Positions 22,505-36,542 of a DNA stretch of 64,000 bases are shown here, piece by piece. Every line of letters starts with the position of its first letter. Within the stretch, counting starts at the first letter, position 1. The DNA is taken from NCBI GenBank assembly GCA_964057225.1, contig OZ059898.1, positions 9,982,001-10,046,000 on the forward strand, read 5' to 3'. The position numbers were made by a program, and so were the translations under genes. The notes under the pieces were generated by a model, which worked only from the letters and a program-made list of their open reading frames with translations, did no database searches and was not told the DNA's origin. The DNA is from Auanema rhodensis. Taxonomy: Eukaryota; Animalia; Nematoda.

Positions 22505-23529
22505 TTCGAAAATGTTAGATTGTTTCCGAAAAATTATGAAAAGTCAAGTTCTACTGATTTGAAGAGAATTGTAAGTTTTAGAAAAGAATTAAAGTTCAGC
22601 TATCTCTACTATTAACTGATTATCGGCTAAAATAAGGTAACAGTTTTTATTGAAAGTTTCCATGATTAAGATTAAACAAAGAAAAAAAATCAAAGAGAAA
22701 CACTTCTTGTTTACTTATTTGATTATAATACTTGAAATTCCAAAAACAGTAGAATAAAATAGAGAAAGCGACGAAAAAAGTTGAACGATTTGAAGAGAAT
22801 TGTAAGTTTTAGAAAAGAATTAAAGTTCAGCTATCTCTACTATTAACTGATTATCGGCTAAAATAAGGTAACAGTTTTTATTGAAAGTTTCCATGATTAA
22901 GATTAAACAAAGAAAAAAATCAAAGAGAAACACTTCTTGTTTACTTACTTGATTATAATACTTGAAATTCCAAAAACAGTAAAATAAAATTGAAAAAGCG
23001 ACAAAAACAGTTGAACGATTTGAAGACAATTGTAAGTTGAAGAAAAAAATTAAAGTTTAGCTCTCTCTACTATTAACTGATTGTCGGCTAAAATATGGTA
23101 ACAGTTTTTATTAAAAGTTTCCATGATTAAGATTGAACAAAGAAAAAAAATCAAAGAGAAACACTTCTTGTTTACTTATTTGATTATAACACTTGAAATT
23201 CCAACAAAAGTAAAATAAAATTGAAAAAGCGACAAAAACAGTTGAACGATTTGAAGACAATTGTAAGTTGAAGAAAAAAATTAAAGTTTAGCTCTCTCTA
23301 CTATTAACTGATTGTCGGCTAAAATATGGTAACAGTTTTTATTAAAAGTTTCCATGATTAAGATTGAACAAAGAAAAAAAAATCAAAGAGAAACACTTCT
23401 TGTTTACTAATTTGATTATAACACTTGAAAATCCAACAAAAGTAAAATAAAACTGTAAAAGCGAGTAAAACTGTTGAAATAAAACAGTTTTTATTAAATA
23501 TAAATGATATTTTTTTATAAAAATGAAGT

Positions 23530-23600
23530 TGCATCGGCCGGGAATCGAACCCGGGTCGCCCGCGTGGCAGGCGAGCATTCTACCACTGAACCACCGATGC
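23530..23600 (-). tRNA. tRNA-Gly-GCC: tRNA-Gly(GCC)
   Basis: Array consensus. Confidence 0.96.
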
Positions 23601-24396
23601 TTCGAAAATGTTAGATTGTTTCCGAAAAATTATGAAAAGTCAAGTTCTACTGATTTGAAGAGAATTGTAAGTTTTAGAAAAGAATTAAAGTTCAGCTATC
23701 TCTACTATTAACTGATTATCGGCTAAAATAAGGTAACAGTTTTTATTGAAAGTTTCCATGATTAAGATTAAACAAAGAAAAAAAATCAAAGAGAAACACT
23801 TCTTGTTTACTTATTTGATTATAATACTTGAAATTCCAAAAACAGTAGAATAAAATAGAGAAAACGACGAAAAAAGTTGAACGATTTGAAGAGAATTGTA
23901 AGTTTAAGAAAAGAATTAAAGTTTAGCTTTGTCTACTATTAACTGATTATCGGCTGAAATATGGTGACAGTTTTTTATTAAAAGTTTCCATGATTAAGAT
24001 TAAACAAAGAAAAAAAAATCAAAGAGAAACACTTCTTGTTTACTTATTTGATTATAACACTTGAAATTCCAACAAAAGTAAAATAAAATTGAAAAAGCGA
24101 CAAAAACAGTTGAACGATTTGAAGACAATTGTAAGTTGAAGAAAAAAATTAAAGTTTAGCTCTCTCTACTATTAACTGAATGTCGGCTGAAATAAGGTAA
24201 CAGTTTTTATTAAAAGTTTCCATGATTTAGATTAAACAAAGAAAAAAAATCAAAGAGAAACACTTCTTGTTTACTAATTTGATTATAACACTTGAAAATC
24301 CAACAAAAGTAAAATAAAACTGTGAAAGCGGGTAAAACTGTTGAACTAAAACAGTCTTTATAAAATATAAATGATATATTTTTATAAAAGTAAAGT

Positions 24397-24467
24397 TGCA
24401 TCGGCCGGGAATCGAACCCGGGTCGCCCGCGTGGCAGGCGAGCATTCTACCACTGAACCACCGATGC
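24397..24467 (-). tRNA. tRNA-Gly-GCC: tRNA-Gly(GCC)
   Basis: Array consensus. Confidence 0.96.
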
Positions 24468-25492
24468 TTCGAAAATGTTAGATTGTTTCCGAAAAATTAT
24501 GAAAAGTCAAGTTCTACTGATTTGAAGAGAATTGTAAGTTTTAGAAAAGAATTAAAGTTCAGCTATCTCTACTATTAACTGATTATCGGCTAAAATAAGG
24601 TAACAGTTTTTATTGAAAGTTTCCATGATTAAGATTAAACAAAGAAAAAAAATCAAAGAGAAACACTTCTTGTTTACTTATTTGATTATAATACTTGAAA
24701 TTCCAAAAACAGTAGAATAAAATAGAGAAAGCGACGAAAAAAGTTGAACGATTTGAAGAGAATTGTAAGTTTTAGAAAAGAATTAAAGTTCAGCTATCTC
24801 TACTATTAACTGATTATCGGCTAAAATAAGGTAACAGTTTTTATTGAAAGTTTCCATGATTAAGATTAAACAAAGAAAAAAATCAAAGAGAAACACTTCT
24901 TGTTTACTTACTTGATTATAATACTTGAAATTCCAAAAACAGTAAAATAAAATTGAAAAAGCGACAAAAACAGTTGAACGATTTGAAGACAATTGTAAGT
25001 TGAAGAAAAAAATTAAAGTTTAGCTCTCTCTACTATTAACTGATTGTCGGCTAAAATATGGTAACAGTTTTTATTAAAAGTTTCCATGATTAAGATTGAA
25101 CAAAGAAAAAAAATCAAAGAGAAACACTTCTTGTTTACTTATTTGATTATAACACTTGAAATTCCAACAAAAGTAAAATAAAATTGAAAAAGCGACAAAA
25201 ACAGTTGAACGATTTGAAGACAATTGTAAGTTGAAGAAAAAAATTAAAGTTTAGCTCTCTCTACTATTAACTGATTGTCGGCTAAAATATGGTAACAGTT
25301 TTTATTAAAAGTTTCCATGATTAAGATTGAACAAAGAAAAAAAAATCAAAGAGAAACACTTCTTGTTTACTAATTTGATTATAACACTTGAAAATCCAAC
25401 AAAAGTAAAATAAAACTGTAAAAGCGAGTAAAACTGTTGAAATAAAACAGTTTTTATTAAATATAAATGATATTTTTTTATAAAAATGAAGT

Positions 25493-25563
25493 TGCATCGG
25501 CCGGGAATCGAACCCGGGTCGCCCGCGTGGCAGGCGAGCATTCTACCACTGAACCACCGATGC
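25493..25563 (-). tRNA. tRNA-Gly-GCC: tRNA-Gly(GCC)
   Basis: Array consensus. Confidence 0.96.
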
Positions 25564-26357
25564 TTCGAAAATGTTAGATTGTTTCCGAAAAATTATGAAA
25601 AGTCAAGTTCTACTGATTTGAAGAGAATTGTAAGTTTTAGAAAAGAATTAAAGTTCAGCTATCTCTACTATTAACTGATTATCGGCTAAAATAAGGTAAC
25701 AGTTTTTATTGAAAGTTTCCATGATTAAGATTAAACAAAGAAAAAAAATCAAAGAGAAACACTTCTTGTTTACTTATTTGATTATAATACTTGAAATTCC
25801 AAAAACAGTAGAATAAAATAGAGAAAGCGACGAAAAAAGTTGAACGATTTGAAGAGAATTGTAAGTTTTAGAAAAGAATTAAAGTTCAGCTATCTCTACT
25901 ATTAACTGATTATCGGCTAAAATAAGGTAACAGTTTTTATTGAAAGTTTCCATGATTAAGATTAAACAAAGAAAAAAATCAAAGAGAAACACTTCTTGTT
26001 TACTTACTTGATTATAATACTTGAAATTCCAAAAACAGTAAAATAAAATTGAAAAAGCGACAAAAACATTTGAACGATTTGAAGACAATTGTAAGTTTAA
26101 GAAAAGATTTAAAGTTTTGCTTTGTCTACTATTAACTGATTGTCGGCTAAAATATTGTAACAGTTTTTATTAAAAGTTTCCATGATTAAGATTGAACAAA
26201 GAAAAAAAAATCAAAGAGAAACACTTCTTGTTTACTAATTTGATTATAACACTTGAAAATCCAACAAAAGTAAAATAAAACTGTAAAAGCGAGTAAAACT
26301 GTTGAAATAAAACAGTTTTTATTAAATATAAATGATATTTTTTTATAAAAATGAAGT

Positions 26358-26428
26358 TGCATCGGCCGGGAATCGAACCCGGGTCGCCCGCGTGGCAGGC
26401 GAGCATTCTACCACTGAACCACCGATGC
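26358..26428 (-). tRNA. tRNA-Gly-GCC: tRNA-Gly(GCC)
   Basis: Array consensus. Confidence 0.96.
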
Positions 26429-27223
26429 TTCGAAAATGTTAGATTGTTTCCAAAAAATTATGAAAAGTCAAGTTCTACTGATTTGAAGAAAATTGTAAGT
26501 TTTAGAAAATAATTAAAAATTAGTTCTCTCTACTATTAACTATTTGTCGGCTAAAATATGGTAACAGTTTTTATGAAAAGTTTCCATGATTAGGATTAAA
26601 CAAAGAAAAAAATCAAAGAGAAACACTTCTTGTTTACTTACTTGATTATAATACTTGAAATTCCAAAAACAGTAGAATAAAATAGAGAAAGCGACGAAAA
26701 AAGTTGAACGATTTGAAGAGAATTGTAAGTTTTAGAAAAGAATTAAAGTTCAGCTATCTCTACTATTAACTGATTATCGGCTAAAATAAGGTAACAGTTT
26801 TTATTGAAAGTTTCCATGATTAAGATTAAACAAAGAAAAAAAAATCAAAGAGAAACACTTCTTGTTTACTTACTTGATTATAATACTTGAAATTCCAAAA
26901 ACAGTAAAATAAAACTGTTAAAGCGAGTAAAACTGTTGAACGATTTGAAGACAATTGTAAGTTGAAGAAAAAAATTAAAGTTTAGCTCTCTCTACTATTT
27001 AATGATTGTCGGCTAAAATATGGTAACAGTTTTTATTAAAAGTTTCCATGATTAAGATTGAACAAAGAAAAAAAAATCAAAGAGAAACACTTCTTGTTTA
27101 CTAATTTGATTATAACACTTGAAAATCCAACAAAAGTAAAATAAAACTGTAAAAGCGAGTAAAACTGTTGAAATAAAACAGTTTTTATTAAATATAAATG
27201 ATATTTTTTTATAAAAATGAAGT

Positions 27224-27294
27224 TGCATCGGCCGGGAATCGAACCCGGGTCGCCCGCGTGGCAGGCGAGCATTCTACCACTGAACCACCGATGC
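27224..27294 (-). tRNA. tRNA-Gly-GCC: tRNA-Gly(GCC)
   Basis: Array consensus. Confidence 0.96.
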
Positions 27295-28551
27295 TTCGAA
27301 AATGTTAGATTGTTTCCGAAAAATTATGAAAAGTCAAGTTCTACTGATTTGAAGAGAATTGTAAGTTTTAGAAAAGAATTAAAGTTCAGCTATCTCTACT
27401 ATTAACTGATTATCGGCTAAAATAAGGTAACAGTTTTTATTGAAAGTTTCCATGATTAAGATTAAACAAAGAAAAAAAATCAAAGAGAAACACTTCTTGT
27501 TTACTTATTTGATTATAATACTTGAAATTCCAAAAACAGTAGAATAAAATAGAGAAAGCGACGAAAAAAGTTGAACGATTTGAAGAGAATTGTAAGTTTT
27601 AGAAAAGAATTAAAGTTCAGCTATCTCTACTATTAACTGATTATCGGCTAAAATAAGGTAACAGTTTTTATTGAAAGTTTCCATGATTAAGATTAAACAA
27701 AGAAAAAAATCAAAGAGAAACACTTCTTGTTTACTTACTTGATTATAATACTTGAAATTCCAAAAACAGTAAAATAAAATTGAAAAAGCGACAAAAACAG
27801 TTGAACTATTTGAAGACAATTGTAAGTTTTAGAAAAGAATTAAAGTTCAGCTATTTCTACTCTTAACTGATTTTCGGCTAAAATAAGGTAACAGTTTTTA
27901 TTGAAAGTTTCCATGATTAAGATTAAACAAAGAAAAAAAATCAAAGAGAAACACTTCTTGTTTACTTATTTGATTATAATACTTGAAATTCCAAAAACAG
28001 TAGAATAAAATAGAGAAAGCGACGAAAAAAGTTGAACGATTTGAAGAGAATTGTAAGTTTTAGAAAAGAATTAAAGTTCAGCTATCTCTACTATTAACTG
28101 ATTATCGGCTGAAATATGGTAACAGTTTTTATTGAAAGTTTCCGTGATTAAGATTAAACAAAGAAAAAAAAATGAAAGGGAAACACTTCTTGTTTACTAA
28201 TTTGATTATAATACTTGAAATTCCAAAAACAGTAAAATAAAACTGTTAAAGCGAGTAAAACTGTTGAACGATTTGAAGACAATTGTAAGTTGAAGAAAAA
28301 AATTAAAGTTTAGCTCTCTCTACTATTTAATGATTGTCGGCTAAAATATGGTAACAGTTTTTATTAAAAGTTTCCATGATTAAGATTGAACAAAGAAAAA
28401 AAAATCAAAGAGAAACACTTCTTGTTTACTAATTTGATTATAACACTTGAAAATCCAACAAAAGTAAAATAAAACTGTAAAAGCGAGTAAAACTGTTGAA
28501 ATAAAACAGTTTTTATTAAATATAAATGATATTTTTTTATAAAAATGAAGT

Positions 28552-28622
28552 TGCATCGGCCGGGAATCGAACCCGGGTCGCCCGCGTGGCAGGCGAGCAT
28601 TCTACCACTGAACCACTGATGC
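28552..28622 (-). tRNA. tRNA-Gly-GCC: tRNA-Gly(GCC), variant G6A
   Basis: Substitution at 28617 gives an acceptor-stem A:C mismatch. Confidence 0.9.
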
Positions 28623-29187
28623 TTCGAAAATGTTAGATTGTTTCCGAAAAATTATGAAAAGTCAAGTTCTACTGATTTGAAGAGAATTGTAAGTTTTAGA
28701 AAAGAATTAAAGTTCAGCTATCTCTACTATTAACTGATTATCGGCTAAAATATGGTAACAGTTTTTATTAAAAGTTTCCGTGATTAAGATTAAACAAAGA
28801 AAAAAAAATCAAAGGGAAACACTTCTTGTTTACTAATTTGATTATAATACTTGAAATTCCAAAAACAGTAAAATAAAACTGTTAAAGCGAGTAAAACTGT
28901 TGAACGATTTGAAGACAATTGTAAGTTGAAGAAAAAAATTAAAGTTTAGCTCTCTCTACTATTTAATGATTGTCGGCTAAAATATGGTAACAGTTTTTAT
29001 TAAAAGTTTCCATGATTAAGATTGAACAAAGAAAAAAAAATCAAAGAGAAACACTTCTTGTTTACTAATTTGATTATAACACTTGAAAATCCAACAAAAG
29101 TAAAATAAAACTGTAAAAGCGAGTAAAACTGTTGAAATAAAACAGTTTTTATTAAATATAAATGATATTTTTTTATAAAAATGAAGT

Positions 29188-29258
29188 TGCATCGGCCGGG
29201 AATCGAACCCGGGTCGCCCGCGTGGCAGGCGAGCATTCTACCACTGAACCACTGATGC
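29188..29258 (-). tRNA. tRNA-Gly-GCC: tRNA-Gly(GCC), variant G6A
   Basis: Substitution at 29253. Confidence 0.9.
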
Positions 29259-30516
29259 TTCGAAAATGTTAGATTGTTTCCGAAAAATTATGAAAAGTCA
29301 AGTTCTACTGATTTGAAGAGAATTGTAAGTTTTAGAAAAGAATTAAAGTTCAGCTATCTCTACTATTAACTGATTATCGGCTAAAATAAGGTAACAGTTT
29401 TTATTGAAAGATTCCATGATTAAGATTAAACAAAGAAAAAAAATAAAAGAGAAACACTTCTTGTTTACTTATTTGATTATAATACTTGAAATTCCAAAAA
29501 CAGTAGAATAAAATAGAGAAAGCGACGAAAAAAGTTGAACGATTTGAAGAGAATTGTAAGTTTTAGAAAAGAATTAAAGTTCAGCTATCTCTACTATTAA
29601 CTGATTATCGGCTAAAATAAGGTAACAGTTTTTATTGAAAGTTTCCATGATTAAGATTAAACAAAGAAAAAAATCAAAGAGAAACACTTCTTGTTTACTT
29701 ACTTGATTATAATACTTGAAATTCCAAAAACAGTAAAATAAAATTGAAAAAGCGACAAAAACAGTTGAACTATTTGAAGACAATTGTAAGTTGAAGAATA
29801 AAATTAAAGTTTAGCTCTCTCTACTATTAACTGAATGTCGGCTAAAATATGGTAACAGTTTTTATTAAAAGTTTCCATGATTAAGATTAAACAAAGAAAA
29901 AAAATCAAAGAGAAACACTTCTTGTTTACTTATTTGATTATAATACTTGAAATTCCAAAAACAGTAGAATAAAATAGAGAAAGAGACGAAAAAAGTTGAA
30001 CGATTTGAAGAGAATTGTAAGTTTAAGAAAAGATTTAAAGTTTAGCTTTGTCTACTATTAACTGATTATCGGCTGAATAATGGTGACAGTTTTTTATTAA
30101 AAGTTTCCATGATTAAGATTAAACAAAGAAAAAAAAATCAAAGAGAAACACTTCTTGTTTACTTACTTGATTATAATACTTGAAATTCCAAAAACAGTAA
30201 AATAAAATTGAAAAAGCGAGTAAAACTGTTGAACGATTTGAAGACAATTGTAAGTTGAAGAATAAAAATATAGTTTAGCTCTCTCTACTATTAACTGAAT
30301 GTCGGCTAAAATATGGTAACAGTTTTTATTAAAAGTTTCCATGATTAAGATTAAACAAAGAAAAAAAAATCAAAGAGAAACACTTCTTGTTTACTAATTT
30401 GATTATAACACTTGAAAATCCAACAAAAGTAAAATAAAACTGTAAAAGCGAGTAAAACTGTTGAAATAAAACAGTTTTTATTAAATATAAATGATATTTT
30501 TTTATAAAAATGAAGT

Positions 30517-30587
30517 TGCATCGGCCGGGAATCGAACCCGGGTCGCCCGCGTGGCAGGCGAGCATTCTACCACTGAACCACCGATGC
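30517..30587 (-). tRNA. tRNA-Gly-GCC: tRNA-Gly(GCC)
   Basis: Array consensus. Confidence 0.96.
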
Positions 30588-32076
30588 TTCGAAAATGTTA
30601 GATTGTTTCCGAAAAATTATGAAAAGTCAAGTTCTACTGATTTGAAGAGAATTGTAAGTTTTAGAAAAGAATTAAAGTTCAGCTATCTCTACTATTAACT
30701 GATTATCGGCTAAAATAAGGTAACAGTTTTTATTGAAAGTTTCCATGATTAAGATTAAACAAAGAAAAAAAATCAAAGAGAAACACTTCTTGTTTACTTA
30801 TTTGATTATAATACTTGAAATTCCAAAAACAGTAGAATAAAATAGAGAAAGCGACGAAAAAAGTTGAACGATTTGAAGAGAATTGTAAGTTTTAGAAAAG
30901 AATTAAAGTTCAGCTATCTCTACTATTAACTGATTATCGGCTAAAATAAGGTAACAGTTTTTATTGAAAGATTCCATGATTAAGATTAAACAAAGAAAAA
31001 AAATAAAAGAGAAACACTTCTTGTTTACTTATTTGATTATAATACTTGAAATTCCAAAAACAGTAGAATAAAATAGAGAAAGCGACGAAAAAAGTTGAAC
31101 GATTTGAAGAGAATTGTAAGTTTTAGAAAAGAATTAAAGTTCAGCTATCTCTACTATTAACTGATTATCGGCTAAAATAAGGTAACAGTTTTTATTGAAA
31201 GTTTCCATGATTAAGATTAAACAAAGAAAAAAATCAAAGAGAAACACTTCTTGTTTACTTACTTGATTATAATACTTGAAATTCCAAAAACAGTAAAATA
31301 AAATTGAAAAAGCGACAAAAACAGTTGAACTATTTGAAGACAATTGTAAGTTGAAGAATAAAATTAAAGTTTAGCTCTCTCTACTATTAACTGAATGTCG
31401 GCTAAAATATGGTAACAGTTTTTATTAAAAGTTTCCATGATTAAGATTAAACAAAGAAAAAAAATCAAAGAGAAACACTTCTTGTTTACTTATTTGATTA
31501 TAATACTTGAAATTCCAAAAACAGTAGAATAAAATAGAGAAAGAGACGAAAAAAGTTGAACGATTTGAAGAGAATTGTAAGTTTAAGAAAAGATTTAAAG
31601 TTTAGCTTTGTCTACTATTAACTGATTATCGGCTGAATAATGGTGACAGTTTTTTATTAAAAGTTTCCATGATTAAGATTAAACAAAGAAAAAAAAATCA
31701 AAGAGAAACACTTCTTGTTTACTTACTTGATTATAATACTTGAAATTCCAAAAACAGTAAAATAAAATTGAAAAAGCGAGTAAAACTGTTGAACGATTTG
31801 AAGACAATTGTAAGTTGAAGAATAAAAATATAGTTTAGCTCTCTCTACTATTAACTGAATGTCGGCTAAAATATGGTAACAGTTTTTATTAAAAGTTTCC
31901 ATGATTAAGATTAAACAAAGAAAAAAAAATCAAAGAGAAACACTTCTTGTTTACTAATTTGATTATAACACTTGAAAATCCAACAAAAGTAAAATAAAAC
32001 TGTAAAAGCGAGTAAAACTGTTGAAATAAAACAGTTTTTATTAAATATAAATGATATTTTTTTATAAAAATGAAGT

Positions 32077-32147
32077 TGCATCGGCCGGGAATCGAACCCG
32101 GGTCGCCCGCGTGGCAGGCGAGCATTCTACCACTGAACCACCGATGC
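32077..32147 (-). tRNA. tRNA-Gly-GCC: tRNA-Gly(GCC)
   Basis: Array consensus. Confidence 0.96.
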
Positions 32148-32944
32148 TTCGAAAATGTTAGATTGTTTCCGAAAAATTATGAAAAGTCAAGTTCTACTGA
32201 TTTGAAGAGAATTGTAAGTTTTAGAAAAGAATTAAAGTTCAGCTATCTCTACTATTAACTGATTATCGGCTAAAATAAGGTAACAGTTTTTATTGAAAGT
32301 TTCCATGATTAAGATTAAACAAAGAAAAAAAATCAAAGAGAAACACTTCTTGTTTACTTATTTGATTATAATACTTGAAATTCCGAAAACAGTAGAATAA
32401 AATGAAGAAAGCGACAAAAACAGTTGAACGATTTGAAGAGAATTGTAAGTTTAAGAAAAGATTTAAAGTTTAGCTTTGTCTACTATTCACTGATTATCGG
32501 CTGAATAATGGTGACAGTTTTTTATTAAAAGTTTCCATGATTAAGATTAAACAAAGAAAAAAAAATCAAAGAGAAACACTTCTTGTTTACTTACTTGATT
32601 ATAATACTTGAAATTCCAAAAACAGTAAAATAAAACTGTTAAAGCGAGTAAAACTGTTGAACGATTTGAAGACAATTGTAAGTTGAAGAAAAAAATTAAA
32701 GTTTAGCTCTCTCTACTATTTAATGATTGTCGGCTAAAATATGGTAACAGTTTTTATTAAAAGTTTCCATGATTAAGATTGAACAAAGAAAAAAAAATCA
32801 AAGAGAAACACTTCTTGTTTACTAATTTGATTATAACACTTGAAAATCCAACAAAAGTAAAATAAAACTGTAAAAGCGAGTAAAACTGTTGAAATAAAAC
32901 AGTTTTTATTAAATATAAATGATATTTTTTTATAAAAATGAAGT

Positions 32945-33015
32945 TGCATCGGCCGGGAATCGAACCCGGGTCGCCCGCGTGGCAGGCGAGCATTCTACCA
33001 CTGAACCACCGATGC
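32945..33015 (-). tRNA. tRNA-Gly-GCC: tRNA-Gly(GCC)
   Basis: Array consensus. Confidence 0.96.
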
Positions 33016-34043
33016 TTCGAAAATGTTAGATTGTTTCCGAAAAATTATGAAAAGTCAAGTTCTACTGATTTGAAGAGAATTGTAAGTTTTAGAAAAGAAT
33101 TAAAGTTCAGCTATCTCTACTATTAACTGATTATCGGCTAAAATAAGGTAACAGTTTTTATTGAAAGTTTCCATGATTAAGATTAAACAAAGAAAAAAAA
33201 TCAAAGAGAAACACTTCTTGTTTACTTATTTGATTATAATACTTGAAATTCCAAAAACAGTAGAATAAAATAGAGAAAGCGACGAAAAAAGTTGAACGAT
33301 TTGAAGAGAATTGTAAGTTTTAGAAAAGAATTAAAGTTCAGCTATCTCTACTATTAACTGATTATCGGCTGAAATATGGTAACAGTTTTTATTGAAAGTT
33401 TCCGTGATTAAGATTAAACAAAGAAAAAAAAATCAAAGGGAAACACTTCTTGTTTACTTACTTGATTATAATACTTGAAATTCCAAAAACAGTAAAATAA
33501 AATTGAAAAAGCGACAAAAACAGTTGAACTATTTGAAGACAATTGTAAGTTTTAGAAAAGAATTAAAGTTCAGCTATCTCTACTATTAACTGATTATCGG
33601 CTGAAATATGGTAACAGTTTTTATTGAAAGTTTCCGTGATTAAGATTAAACAAAGAAAAAAAAATCAAAGGGAAACACTTCTTGTTTACTAATTTGATTA
33701 TAATACTTGAAATTCCAAAAACAGTAAAATAAAACTGTTAAAGCGAGTAAAACTGTTGAACGATTTGAAGACAATTGTAAGTTGAAGAAAAAAATTAAAG
33801 TTTAGCTCTCTCTACTATTTAATGATTGTCGGCTAAAATATGGTAACAGTTTTTATTAAAAGTTTCCATGATTAAGATTGAACAAAGAAAAAAAAATCAA
33901 AGAGAAACACTTCTTGTTTACTAATTTGATTATAACACTTGAAAATCCAACAAAAGTAAAATAAAACTGTAAAAGCGAGTAAAACTGTTGAAATAAAACA
34001 GTTTTTATTAAATATAAATGATATTTTTTTATAAAAATGAAGT

Positions 34044-34114
34044 TGCATCGGCCGGGAATCGAACCCGGGTCGCCCGCGTGGCAGGCGAGCATTCTACCAC
34101 TGAACCACCGATGC
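34044..34114 (-). tRNA. tRNA-Gly-GCC: tRNA-Gly(GCC)
   Basis: Array consensus. Confidence 0.96.
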
Positions 34115-35372
34115 TTCGAAAATGTTAGATTGTTTCCGAAAAATTATGAAAAGTCAAGTTCTACTGATTTGAAGAGAATTGTAAGTTTTAGAAAAGAATT
34201 AAAGTTCAGCTATCTCTACTATTAACTGATTATCGGCTAAAATAAGGTAACAGTTTTTATTGAAAGTTTCCATGATTAAGATTAAACAAAGAAAAAAAAT
34301 CAAAGAGAAACACTTCTTGTTTACTTATTTGATTATAATACTTGAAATTCCAAAAACAGTAGAATAAAATAGAGAAAGCGACGAAAAAAGTTGAACGATT
34401 TGAAGAGAATTGTAAGTTTTAGAAAAGAATTAAAGTGCAGCTATCTCTACTATTAACTGATTATCGGCTAAAATAAGGTAACAGTTTTTATTGAAAGTTT
34501 CCATGATTAAGATTAAACAAAGAAAAAAATCAAAGAGAAACACTTCTTGTTTACTTACTTGATTATAATACTTGAAATTCCAAAAACAGTAAAATAAAAT
34601 TGAAAAAGCGACAAAAACAGTTGAACTATTTGAAGACAATTGTAAGTTGAAGAATAAAAATATAGTTTAGCTCTCTCTACTATTAACTGAATGTCGGCTA
34701 AAATATGGTAACAGTTTTTATTAAAAGTTTCCATGATTAAGATTAAACAAAGAAAAAAAAATCAAAGAGAAACACTTCTTGTTTACTTATTTGATTATAA
34801 TACTTGAAATTCCAAAAACAGTAGAATAAAATAGAGAAAGAGACGAAAAAAGTTGAACGATTTGAAGAGAATTGTAAGTTTTAGAAAAGAATTAAAGTTT
34901 AGCTTTGTCTACTATTTAATGATTATCGGCTGAAATATGGTGACAGTTTTTTTTTAAAAGTTTCCATGATTAAGATTAATCAAAGAAAAAAAAATCAAAG
35001 AGAAACACTTCTTGTTTACTAATTTGATTATAACACTTGAAATTCCAACAAAAGTAAAGTAAAACTGTTAAAGCGAGTAAAACTGTTGAACAATTTGAAG
35101 ACAATTGTAAGTTGAAGAATAAAATTAAAGTTTAGCTCTCTCTACTATTAACTGAATGTCGGCTAAAATATGGTAACAGTTTTTATTAAAAGTTTCCATG
35201 ATTAAGATTAAACAAAGAAAAAAAATCAAAGAGAAACACTTCTTGTTTACTAATTTGATTATAACACTTGAAATTCCAACAAAAGTAAAATAAAACTGTG
35301 AAAGCGGGTAAAACTGTTGAAATAAAACAGTCTTTATAAAATATAAATGATATTTTTTTATAAAAGTGAAGT

Positions 35373-35443
35373 TGCATCGGCCGGGAATCGAACCCGGGTC
35401 GCCCGCGTGGCAGGCGAGCATTCTACCACTGAACCACCGATGC
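35373..35443 (-). tRNA. tRNA-Gly-GCC: tRNA-Gly(GCC)
   Basis: Array consensus. Confidence 0.96.
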
Positions 35444-36471
35444 TTCGAAAATGTTAGATTGTTTCCGAAAAATTATGAAAAGTCAAGTTCTACTGATTTG
35501 AAGAAAATTGTAAATTTTAGAAAATAATTAAAAATAAGTTCTCTCTACTATTAACTGATTGTCGGCTAAAATATGGTAACAGTTTTTATGAAAAGTTTCC
35601 ATGATTAGGATTAAACAAAAAAAAGAATTAAAAAGAAACACTTCTTGTTTACTTACTTGATTATACTACTTGAAATTCGAAAAAAAGTAAAAAACAATTG
35701 AGAAAGCGACATAAACAGTTGAACGATTTGAAGAGAATTGTAAGTTTAAGAAAAGATTTAAAGTTTAGCTTTGTCTACTATTAACTGATTATCGGCTGAA
35801 ATATGGTGACAGTTTTTTATTAAAAGTTTCCATGATTAAGATTAAACAAAGAAAAAAAAATCAAAGAGAAACACTTCTTGTTTACTTATTTGATTATAAC
35901 ACTTGAAATTCCAACAAAAGTAAAGTAAAACTGTTAAAGCGAGTAAAACTGTTGAACGATTTGAAGACAATTGTAAGTTGAAGAAAAAAATTAAAGTTTA
36001 GCTTTGTCTACTATTAACTGATTATCGGCTGAAATATGGTGACAGTTTTTTATTAAAAGTTTCCATGATTAAGATTAAACAAAGAAAAAAAAATCAAAGA
36101 GAAACACTTCTTGTTTACTTATTTGATTATAACACTTGAAATTCCAACAAAAGTAAAGTAAAACTGTTAAAGCGAGTAAAACTGTTGAACGATTTGAAGA
36201 CAATTGTAAGTTGAAGAAAAAAATTAAAGTTTAGCTCTCTCTACTATTAACTGAATGTCGGCTAAAATAAGGTAACAGTTTTTATTAAAAGTTTCCATGA
36301 TTTAGATTAAACAAAGAAAAAAAATCAAAGAGAAACACTTCTTGTTTACTAATTTGATTATAACACTTGAAAATCCAACAAAAGTAAAATAAAACTGTGA
36401 AAGCGGGTAAAACTGTTGAACTAAAACAGTCTTTATAAAATATAAATGATATATTTTTATAAAAGTGAAGT

Positions 36472-36542
36472 TGCATCGGCCGGGAACCGAACCCGGGTCG
36501 CCCGCGTGGCAGGCGAGCATTCTACCACTGAACCACCGATGC
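36472..36542 (-). tRNA. tRNA-Gly-GCC: tRNA-Gly(GCC), B-box variant A58G (possible pseudogene)
   Basis: Substitution at 36487 changes GTTCGA to GTTCGG. Confidence 0.8.
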
